A stretch of DNA of 64,000 bases from Lingula anatina (lineage: Eukaryota; Animalia; Brachiopoda): the NCBI GenBank assembly GCA_051362555.1, contig CM120644.1, positions 22,652,534-22,716,533 on the forward strand, given 5' to 3'. The position numbers were made by a program, and so were the translations under genes. Under the pieces are notes generated by a model, which saw only the letters and a list, made by a program, of their open reading frames with translations, had not been told where the DNA came from and ran no database searches. Of the stretch, positions 51,161 to 62,239 are shown piece by piece (within the stretch, counting starts at the first letter, position 1; each line of letters opens with the position of its first letter).

Positions 51161-51368
51161 GTGACTGACCTGATGAGAAAATTATAGGGCCTAATGTGAC
51201 CATATGGGAGAGACTGACCTGATTAGAAATTATAATATGACCATATGGGAGTGACTGACCTAATGAGAAAATTATAACATGACCATATGGGAGTGACTGA
51301 CCTGATGAGAAATTATAATGTGACCATATGGAAGTGACTGACCTGAAAAGAAATTATAATGTGACTAT
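51161..51368 (+). repeat. ~41-bp tandem repeat, ~5 copies
   Basis: GTGACTGACCTGATGAGAAATTATAATGTGACCATATGGGA units. Confidence 0.92.
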
Positions 51369-53429
51369 TTTGAGAAAGACCCATCTGTGAACGGTCTGTC
51401 AGGCGCGCTGAGTAGGCCTATAAGATTCAGAATTTAATAGTTAATATAAAATCAACTTTTCTCGGTCTTTTCTCAGCATAAAAGAACACGAAATTTAGAC
51501 CCGAAAGACGAACGAAAATAAATTCCCCCTCCCCCCAAGACACCGGAGTATTGCGGAGTTTTTGAAACTGCCGCGATCGACAAGAAGATTCAGACTCTCC
51601 GACAGCTGATGCGTCGCTCTATTTATACTTTTTCGGTCGTTAGGGATTACGTCACCGCATGACCTCGTTAACGATTACGTCACCTCATGACCTTTGACAC
51701 GAGTGGCAACCAAGAAAAGAAATGGCTGCGCCCATGCATGTGACGTTAATGTGCTGAAATCGCTAGAAAACTAAAATAAAAGCTTTAACATAAGGCGCAA
51801 GTACTTCGAATTCCCAACCACTTTTATTGCGACCACAGAGAAGGTATGGTAGCATACAGGCGAGCTTTGGAAGGTAACAAATAAGATAAACAATGATTAG
51901 TCGTCGATACCGACTTCGACGTTCGACAGGACAAAATAACTTGCGAGACAAAGTGCTCTGATCATCGTTCATCATAAAAATGAAGCGAAACCCAGATCAT
52001 TACAATATATATAAAAAGGCATGCGCAAAACTATATTTCCTCCGTCAACTGAAGCGAGCTGAGCTCAGCCCTAGTTTACCAAAGTAGCCTACATTTGTAT
52101 TTTGTGCTCAATTCTAGAATATGCCTGCCCTGTTTGGCATCCAGGACTAACTTTAAGCAATGCAAACTCTTAGAGACTGTCCAAAGTCGTGTTTTGAAGA
52201 TTATTTTCCTTGACCTACACTATGATGAAGCCCTGACCCTGGCAAATATGTGTAATTTAGATAAACGAAGGGAAGATCTGTGTAAAACTTTCTTTTACAA
52301 AATACCTGAACCCTCTGACAAATTAAATCACATTTTAATTGAGCAATCCAGTCGTATTTTAAGATCAAACAATAGATACAAAGTGCCAAAATTTAAGACC
52401 GATAGATTCCGATGCTCTAATATTTCATATGTACTTTTAAATTCTGTTATTCTAAGTGCAGTAATTTTAAATTCCTAGTAGCAGTCTTTTAACTCAGTTT
52501 AATTCAAGCAAATAAGCAATATTAATAAATTATTATTATTATTATTATTATTATAAAAGCTGACTAGCACACATTTAGAACTTTTTTTGAAAATCTGTTC
52601 CGATTTTAATATTGAAATTGTATCTTAGTTATAGTTATGTAAGTATTTCACAAACTATATGCATCACTGGAGTTACACAGAAGTTCACTACCTTGTGAAG
52701 TGGGCCTATGTCATTTTCTTGGTATCTATATATAGACAATACTATGTATCGCATATGTTCAATGAGAATTCTAGGCATCTTACGCAGTGCGCTAAATAAA
52801 AGTCTTATGCATTTGTTTAGTTAAAGTCAATTTACTATGAAACGTGATTGATTACTATGAACCATTATATTTCACTTTAACTGCATAAAATGAAGTTTAT
52901 TAAATGGAGCTATATAAAGACTGTTATAATATTTTTTAAAATAAAATGACTGAACATAATAACTGTGATGATATTAATTTCGGAGAGCAGCTTGAAAACA
53001 ACTTATTCAGTAGCAAGATTAGCTTATATTTTTTTATGCACCACCAGACGGCTTTCAGCAACCTGGAGTCTGTGTTTAGAAAGGCCGACAAATATGACTA
53101 CCAGCACTGTGCACACTACTAAGCAAACACTCTTTATTGCAGTCTAACAAAAAGTTTTAAACCAAAATGAGCTCTGGGCAACAGCGAACACTATAAACAA
53201 ACAGTTACTGAATATCGGGACAAAGGTTTTTCATGTATTGAGTATTATTCAATGTACGTGGAGATTTTTTTAAGTGCAGTATGTTACAGTGGAAGTCGTA
53301 ATAAAGTTTCCGTTGTTTTCTGGTTTAATAACGTTTGAAATGTTTTAATCCCTATTTTGTGAATAGAAGGGGGTGGATAAATGGGCAGCCTTATCAACCC
53401 CTTCAAAATTCTAACGGAATAACACAATA

Positions 53430-53740
53430 CTTTAGGCGAGTGAACCCCATGACACCGGTATATGTCGTCCAGCGAGAGTACGTTGATCCACTGTAATTAG
53501 GTGTCAAAATATCACCATCGTTTGTTGCGGCTACATAATAATAGCTAATAAGCAAGAATATAATACTAAAAAAAGGTAGATCGTCTCTCCTTGGGGAAGC
53601 TACCAGGAGATAATGCTCGGACCGAATTCATCACCTTTAAAGAACAGTTTTTCACCTGGAACTCTCTTCACATAGTGAACTAGATGCATCTTATTCAGGC
53701 AAGAAGCCTAAGAAGTGGTGTTTAATTTATAAATATTATG
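53430..53740 (+). mobile_element. Degenerate CR1-like LINE 3' fragment
   Basis: VVQR and FKNSF..TWNSL traces. Confidence 0.35.
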
Positions 53741-54840
53741 CTTACAGTTAGGGTGGTGTCAAGACACATGTACTTATGGACCAAGCCTTGAGTCCCGGAG
53801 TATTGATAAAGTGGATTTTATAAGACTTATTTCACACAGTACAAACCCCGACTCCGGTACATAAAAAAATCATACAACAAAACTGTTCAAGCGGGTTATA
53901 ACAAGCACTTCCCCCCCCCCAACTATTGTCCCCTCTGTCCACTGTCAACTTCCATTTTATAACTAACAGTGCTCCCCGCATGGTAAAATTTTAGTCCACA
54001 ATACTTGTTGAACCCACACTATTAGCATTTACATAAAATAATCGATGACAATATATCTTAATTCTTCGGAAAGAAATTATTTTAAACACTGACATCGCTC
54101 CTCAGGTGTTTATATTATCACCTTATTTCTACATATTTGCACACACGATCATTCCTCTGGTGTTTTCTTGTTTAAAATACAGACGCTAAGGATGCTCTTT
54201 GTTTTCTTTCTGGCAGAGCTGTTAAACAATTTAAAAAAAAAGGCTTGTCGAAAAACCAATGATTTTTGCTAATAAAACATAACCAAATTAATTTTCTTGT
54301 TAAAACAAGTCCGTTAACAAGAAGATTAAGAAAATACACCACTCCATTCTGTTTCCAATCATCGACTTGCCCTAGTATATATTTTCCTTTAAATGTAGGC
54401 TTTATTGGAAGAAGTATAATGGCATTTGCAGTTGTTTAGCTGTATCAATATTAAAAAGAAAATTATCCGACATCGAGCACACTGTCTAGGCTGTGAGGAC
54501 AAGATCCCTTTGAATGTACCAGATCTGCAGTCCGTAACGTTAACTTAAAAAACGAGAGACAAAACAATAGGCCGTCTCATCTCGGGCCAAAATAATCTAC
54601 CTTTGAAAATATAATAGATACATCGAATTTTTTAATCATACGTTTAATTATTCTCTCTATTTGCTCACAGTAGGCTTGGAGGAGAATTCAATTTACTTGA
54701 AAACGAGATCGGTCACAGCTTGCAGGGGAAGCAAACTCACTAGCGAAATGCATGTGAACGTGTGGCAGTATCTTCCCAAATATTTTGATTGATTGATTTG
54801 GTGGAATTGTAAAAAGAAAAATGGTTATAGAATTGATAAT

Positions 54841-54844
<4 letters not shown>

Positions 54845-54922
<78 letters not shown>
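54845..54922. repeat. (TA)n microsatellite
   Basis: Perfect TA tract. Others occur at ~16328 and ~62178. Confidence 0.97.
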
Positions 54923-54931
<9 letters not shown>

Positions 54932-55029
54932 CTTGAAGCAAAAATTGAGAAAAGGTCTATCTCCACTCATCGATATACTACACTAGGAGAGATTCCTCAT
55001 CTAATTTTTTTTTGGGGTTTTGCTCTCCT

Positions 55030-55675
55030 TCAGTCTCTCTCTCGGGTATTTTTTTACTTTCTCTTTGTTATATTTACATCATTTTGTTAACACAACCAGT
55101 GTTGAAAAAGATGACTGCAATCAATTCCCTTAACCATGGTTATATGGTACTTGCTGACCACAGGGTGTACTAGTCTGTTACAAAATATATTAATATTAAA
55201 AACTAGAGTGTGATTTTGTACGTATTCTAGTGGAGCCCAGATACCAGTTAAATACTGCTAGGAAGGTTATCGGTGGTTCATCGGTGGTGTGACTTGTCAT
55301 ATCACAAAGGGAGGAATGTAAGTAAAGCATTCAACTTGAAAAAAAAAAAAAAAAAAACAACAACAAATGAGGTCGGCATCACCGGTCTTTATCAGGGGGA
55401 TATAATATTAATTTATTATATAATTTATTAATATTTTAATATTCAGTTCCCACAATGCAATATTTTAGATGCATTTTTTTTAGACTTTAAAAAGTCTAAA
55501 AAAAATGCAGAAGTGTAACTGAAGATGTGTTTAATAAAACAAACAGTTGATCATCTATGTAAATATGTAGTTTGTTGTTAAAATAGTGAGGAGATTGGAC
55601 ATATTAAAAATGAGCTCTGCTCAACAGTCATCTGAAGATGAGGATGCCCGGGACAGGGAAACTTTATGATAAGAA
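55030..55675 (-). repeat. Diverged inverted single-unit copy of the 3.5-11.7 kb macro-repeat family
   Basis: CTGACCACAGGGTG, GTGTGATTTTGTACGTATTCTAGTGG and GAGGTCGGCATCACCG are reverse complements of unit motifs. 55510-55670 matches 9820-10010. Confidence 0.85.
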
Positions 55676-56154
55676 TTTACTTTATTTCTTGGTTAAAAAA
55701 GAGAAAATGGGGAAGTGTATGGAGTATGGACCTTTTTCATTCTTTCCGGAAATGGAAATTGCATTGTGGGAAAGTGAGTCCTTGTTATTTTGAAACACTT
55801 ACAGCGGTGCTGAAAATCATGCCTGGGTTTACGTGCTCTTTGTCCCGCTGCTACAATAACAATAAGCGAGATCGACACATGAGGTCTACTAACTTTCCAA
55901 TAAACCCGTTACAATGAAAAATGTGATAGAAAGATAGTATAATTTAGCAGGTTTGCTCCGAACATATAGAAGAAAACCTATAATATTAGGTGCTTAAATA
56001 AACAAGGCAGCAAACCTGTCAAATGTACAGACAAAAAAAGTAGAAAATAAAAATGCAGAAAATGTGTCATCTTGTCAACTTTGATGCAATTATAAATAAT
56101 GCCGTCAATCAACACTGGATTTTGATCATGAACAATAAATAACATGGTCAATAA

Positions 56155-56322
56155 CAGGAGCGAAGAGGAGATATATTTTCTGACACTATTCCAAATTACC
56201 TTTGTTGATCCATCCTCCATTTGTTATGGTCTTCCAACAGAAAAAATAGATACCTGTCTACGTAAACATTAAAATCAGACCGTCTTCCAGAAGGGACAGA
56301 AGACGGTCTCAATCCACCCCTG
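56155..56322 (-). mobile_element. Second, diverged copy of the 168-bp MITE
   Basis: Aligns full-length to the reverse complement of 5561-5728 and is flanked by CAATAA/CAATAA. Confidence 0.8.
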
Positions 56323-59300
56323 CAATAAGATTACAGTTTCAGGACCACGAGAGTTCAAATTCACATAATGAAAATCACAATATTTGAAAAATGATGACAG
56401 TGCATAAAATAATATTACATATGTTTAAAGACATAAATACCAATACAAACGCTTATGTGGAAATGCAGAAAATGTGTAGAGGTTCAAATGGATTGGAGTT
56501 AAATGTCCCATCTTGAAAATGCCAGTGTTTGAAAAAAAAAAAAAATCAACAACAAAAATAATTCTAATAAAGCTGCTATTCAATATTTCAACTTTCTGTA
56601 TTAACATGATATGAATAATCCCATTAAGTTTGAGGATATATAAGGCACTATTATTCATCTATAGCATTAATGTTGGCATTACACGAAATAATTTTTTTGA
56701 AAACCTTTTTGCAATATTAAACAATATTTACCTACATAATTATCACTGCTTCCTTACTATGGACACTTATCTGGCAGAGAACTTAAACTATGAGAGTTTA
56801 CAGTATCAACAAATGTGTTTTATGTTATCTCACTTAATGGCCGCTTGTATCTTAATTGACTATAGCTCTGACCTTATACGTTAGGGAAATGTGACTAGTA
56901 AAGGTATTCAGGCCCATAAGTCACACCTTAAAAAGATGCAGAAAATAGGCCATTTGTCACTTTTGATACAATAACAATAACACATAGTAAACAACTCATA
57001 GAAGTATAATATAAATAATAATAATAATAAAAAAAATAATAATAAATAAAAAAACGCAGTTATGTTATTATTCTGATATGTGAGCTTGTCATCGGACCAC
57101 GAGACCTCCATAGATGGCTATACTCTGTTATAATCTCTTAAGCAATTATTACAATAAAAAAATAAATAAATAAAAAGAAGACAAAAAACTTTTTTAGAAA
57201 AAATTCAGGGACTAACAAAGATACGAATTAGGCCTGTACATCTAACAGAAATAATATGTTGGATATTGCGGATCTGTTTTAGAATGTACAAATAGCACTG
57301 TTTACCTAAACTAGAAAAATAATTTACATATACATATGTGCGCATTATGCATATTTGAGTGCTTTTCTGTACATTGCTTTTTGTTGTTAATTTTTCCACA
57401 CCACACGAAAATAAACCTAAAGCGAAAGTAATTTGAATTTGCAAAATGCACAGTTGGGCCATGTAAAAAAAAATATATATATATTGGTGTTTACTTTTTA
57501 CACTTACTAAAAAAAGCTTTATGGAAGTTAGAGATAATGAGTGATGTTTGTCTTCGATGGTATCTTTACTTTACATTTTCAAAAGAAAACATCATTTATG
57601 AGAAAAAGAACATGAATTTAAACAGAGGACAAAAATACTACAAAATGGAATATATGGATGATTTTTCGTGGCAAATCTGTCATAATACTAAACTGGCAAG
57701 TAAAATGGTTTTTATTTTATGTATCGTATATTTTCAATAACAATTCTAGGTATTTTACGCAGTACCTTGAATAAAATTCTAATGTATTAATTTACTTGAA
57801 TCATGATTTATTACTTTAAAATATAATTTTGCAGTTTAATGCATATGATGACGTTTATTTAATTGAGTTGTACATAGACTGTTCTATTTTTTTTAATAAA
57901 GTGAATGGATAAAATAACAAAGATGATATCATTTTGGGAGAGCCGCTTGAGAAATGCGCAAATAATTCATGGCGAAACTAGGCCAAACTCAACAGAGAGA
58001 TCAGCTTATATTTTTTGCGCACCGGCAGGCGGCTTTTAGTCTTTGTGTTTTGTAAGGCCAAAAATATGAATAGAATAACTGCCCACTCTATAAAGCAAAC
58101 ACTGTAAATTGGAGGCTATCAAAAACAAAATACAATTTAAGTAAATTAGCTTTGAAAATGTCACGCAATATGAATTCATAGAAACAACAACAACTATTAT
58201 TTCTCTACAAATAGTCTCCATTGGATCACTCTTTTAGTTTATTTGACACAAGATTTTTAAAACGTTTCTCCTCCTCTTTCGTAACGCAAAAAAATAAAAA
58301 AATAAAAATAAATAAATAAAAATAATAATAATAATAATAATGAATAGCAAAAAAAGACAAACCCATATGCACAGGAATCATCGACATCAGCTGCCTTTAT
58401 TAGAGGTAATTTGTCTTTCTTTCTGCATAAGGGGACACAAAAAGCTTTGTAGAATATGGGCACCTATAAATTGCTACTTTAGGCCATTTTCAGCTTCGGA
58501 TAATGTATCTTAATTTTACTACATATGCTACTTATTTACTCATGTGCTCGCATAGTCTAATATTCTGGGGCTATATATGAGAATATGTATTAAAACTTTC
58601 ATTTGCTTCTAAAATACCTACTCTGCCAGTCTATAGAGACATGTAGTGTTTTCACAACTATGTTGAGGTTCAAATATATTAATTGAGGCATCAAAATATA
58701 CTCTTGTCTCTCACACCACCCTGCTTACTAGTACGCTCTGCGAGTATATACTACCATTTGCTCCCCTTGGTCTTCAAGCTTTTGTAGCTTCTCAGTCAAT
58801 TTAAGTAAACATTTTTCTCTAAAATATATCATTCTCCATTTTTATAACTGTCAAAGTTGCCCTTTATATTAATTTTTTTTGCAAAAAGTCAAAAGAAAGT
58901 ATAAGTATGGAAGCTGCACAAACATTTGAATGAAAATTGGAGTCTAAAAAAGCTTTCACTTTTTTACAAAACAACTTGACTACACAAACAAAACACTATT
59001 AAATAAATAGTTACTGAATATTGGAACAGGATTTCCATTTATAACAACTGCTTTATTATAAGGGTACAGTCGTTCGTTCGATATCCTAAATAAAGACAAA
59101 CAGGCGAGTCACCATTTTGTCTTAATTGACTTCAAGTTATTGAATTCGACCTAATATTAAGATTTTATGTCAGCATCAGAGGTAAGTACCACGTGTTTAA
59201 GATAGAAATGTACATGTTAATGATGTGCATGTAGTGCATTTACTGAGTACAGTGCGAGTTTTTTTTTTATTGTGGTCAATTTTTGCCCTTTGGAGCCCTT

Positions 59301-59779
59301 TGGAGCGGGAGGATGGTGAGTTCTTTCTGTCCAGGGACAAATCCCGCGTTTGTCGACATCTTTCCATATTAACCCGTCGTCCAAACAAATAAAAAATTGT
59401 AAATAAATAGGTTCGTCTTGTGGCACGCGGATTATGTCACATACATAATAAATTAGAAATAGTTTATATGCGTTATTTAGACTCCACTTTCAAGATCTTC
59501 AAATTTTATCCATTATTGAGTTTACGTGAAAAAATTGACACTTCCACTTTTGTATGTAATCACTCTGTGTTATATAGAATGCACACATTTCTAGAATAAT
59601 TTATTTATCCCCTGCACATAATGATAAGCTATTAGAATGCCACGTACACCACGGAAAATAAGCTAGTGTTAATGTGAGTTTTAAAAATACACAGGTGGGC
59701 CAATTAAGAGTATTTTTAAGCTGTTGTGACGCTTACTTAAAAAGTTTAATGGAGGTAAGAACAACTGAACAACCATTAA

Positions 59780-60132
59780 ACAAGCAACACATAGTCTTAC
59801 CATTATAGTGTCCGGCGGACCCGGTGTTTTAAAACTGAGAGTCCGACGGACTCACTGTATCGAAATAACGGGTCCCGGACTCTGAAATATAGAGTCCCAC
59901 TATACACTCTATTTCAATACGGAAAGTCCTAGGTCCCTACGTTTTAAAACTGACAGTCCGCGTTGAGAAGTGAAAATTAAAAATATGTTTCTTATAACAT
60001 GCAATTTGAATATGATTTTGAACATGAGAAAGATATGGATTGAAAAACTATAAAGGTTAAATAAGCTCGATTACCCTCCGTAAAAATTTAAAACGTACTA
60101 TAAATTTGTATTGTTGGCATTTAATAAACTTT
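59780..60132 (+). mobile_element. Truncated left arm of the 26837-29981 TIR family
   Basis: GTCCGGCGGACCC..TTTTAAAACTGAGAGTCCG..GAAATAACGGGTCCCGGAC..GGAAAGTCCTAGG matches 26847-27215. Confidence 0.85.
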
Positions 60133-60790
60133 ATGTAGCCAAATGTTCACAAGCACAACGAAGCTCTGTTTTTGCTCCAAATTAAGTAGGATAAGTCCAT
60201 ATGACTGAAATTGTCATTTACTAATGACGAAAACTAATAAGATACAAAGTTACAAAACTGGGGAGATAATAAACATCCCCCAAACTATATAAGTGCTAAA
60301 TATAAAAATAATAAAGTATGTTAATGAAATGTAACCAGGATTAATTATGAAAAATATGAGAAATCACAACAGCTATAATAAAATTTATTAATGACGAAAA
60401 CTAATAAGATACAAAGTTACAAAACTGGGGAGATAATAAACATCCCCCAAACTATATAAGTGCTAAATATAAAAATAATAAAGTATGTTAATGAAATGTA
60501 ACCAGGATTAATTATGAAAAATATGAGAAATCACAACAGCTATAGGAGCAAAAAGTTGGCGCAAATGAAAATAAAAGCTATATAAGTGCTAAATATAAAA
60601 ATAATAAAGTATGTTAATGAAATGTTACCAGGATTAATTATGAAAAATATGAGAAATCACAACAGCTATAGGAGGAAAAAGTTGGCGCAAATGAAAATAA
60701 AAGGCTTATGAAAAATATGAGAAATCACAACAGCTATAGGAGCAAAAAGTTGGCGCAAATGGTTGGCGCAAATGAAAAGAAAAGGCAAAA
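60133..60790 (+). repeat. Local, partly tandem copies of 61788-62070
   Basis: Near-identical TAGCCAAATGTTCACAAGCAC... start, then reiterated subsegments ending GAGAAATCACAACAGCTATA. Confidence 0.9.
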
Positions 60791-60799
60791 GGCACATTC

Positions 60800-62173
60800 T
60801 AAAGCCGGCCTAGGCTGAGAGCGAGCTACGCAACCCCTACCTTTTTAGGACGGGGACGTAGGTTTCCTCATTGCTCTGACAGCCCAATCATAGAGTTGTC
60901 TCTCTTGGCCTACGTACTGCCTCATATGCCCTGCATAGTACATTTACCTAACTATAGTTTTAAAGTAATAATCTCACATGTATGATATATATCAATAAAC
61001 AAATGACAACCAGATAATCTGAAATGACTAATTAATGTGCCAAATGAGTTATAGCTAACAAGCATAAATACAACCATGTTACATGAGCCAATGCTCAAAT
61101 CTGCTTCATTAGTCATGAAAAGAGAAAAAAAAAAAAATATGGGGGGGGGGGGGTTTGAATAAGTTTACCAAACATCACCTCAAAATTTTTACTCCTGAAT
61201 AATGCACTTCTTAATGTTGTGAATTTTACGAGAAAAGTGAGGGAGAGCATTAACTGTCTCCTGAATAACTGAACTCATATGCCTCTGATTAGCAGGCCTT
61301 CCAGAGGCAAAGTGGCACTGTCCAAATAGGTGCCCCCCTTAATTATGTCACACAGGTGCCGCTTGAAAGTAAATAAGTCTAAGTGTTAAAAACACCACAA
61401 GGATGAAGGCAGGTGGTAGGGGAGGGTGAAGGGTGTACAAATAACAATAAAGAAACGTTAGTAATAATACAGTGTAGCTGCTAAAACTGCGGGTAAATAT
61501 ATCCGCAGCTACAAAGCTGAATGACTTCTCACTGAATGCAGCTCGATGGAATTAATCTCCAAAACATCTTTCATAGAATATACTTGTGAGTGCCTTGATA
61601 CACAGCAGCTAAGACATTCCTTAACCCTGGACATCTGTTAACACCTTGACTTGGTCAACTACTTAAGGTCAAAATGTGCAGACACAAGACCCAAACAAAA
61701 CGTTGATGTATTACCAAAAAGTTAATAGCACCACTAAAACAAACCATTTGCTACATAAATACAATTAATTCTCTTAATTGTAGTTTTATGTAGCCAAATG
61801 TTCACAAGCACAACGAATCTCTGTTTTTGCTCCAAATTAAGTAGGATAAGTCCATATGACTGAAATTGTCATTTATTAATGACGAAAACTAATAAGATAC
61901 AAAGTTACAAAACTGGGGAGATAATAAACATCCCCCAAACTATATAAGTGCTAAATATAAAAATAATAAAGTATGTTAATGAAATGTAACCAGGATTAAT
62001 TATGAAAAATATGAGAAATCACAACAGCTATAGGAGCAAAAGGTGGCGCAAATGAAAATAAAAGGCCATATGATGTGAGAGAAGCTCACATCCCCGCCAA
62101 CCGAGGAGTGCTTGTGAAAAAAAAGGGAATGATAAACAACATCTGACATTATATCTGAATCCTATGTGCTACT

Positions 62174-62239
<66 letters not shown>

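Larger units (their letters stand above)
49275..52004 (-). mobile_element. 2.73-kb TG..CA insertion, probably a large solo LTR
   Basis: Boundaries are fixed by the split LINE. Minus strand starts TGTAATG and ends CGTTTCA, with ATATAC/ATATAT flanks. AGTATAAATAG TATA-like motif at ~51625 and AATAAA at ~49411 on the minus strand. Confidence 0.7.
49228..52555 (+). mobile_element. 5'-truncated CR1/L2-group LINE 3' end, split by an insertion (parts 49228-49273 and 52005-52555)
   Basis: Joining the parts gives ISNDLKWGTHVHHIY-KKACAKLYFLRQLKRA..LEYACPVWHP..LETVQSRVLKIIF..RREDLCK. Ends AATAAA(TTA)n. Confidence 0.85.

Noticed and set aside
50824-51368. CRISPR-like arrays or Cys-repeat peptides (CCARPRWSEED..)
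   Set aside because: Spacer-less tandem repeats. The ORFs arise simply because 42 is a multiple of 3.
51730-51770. Helitron 3' end (hairpin plus CTAG)
   Set aside because: Weak palindrome, CTAG is not followed by T, and the real element boundary is at 52004.
60133-62070. DIRS/Ngaro split terminal repeats
   Set aside because: The duplicated segment appears to lie within the recombinase-coding region and is far more identical than the element's decay would allow.
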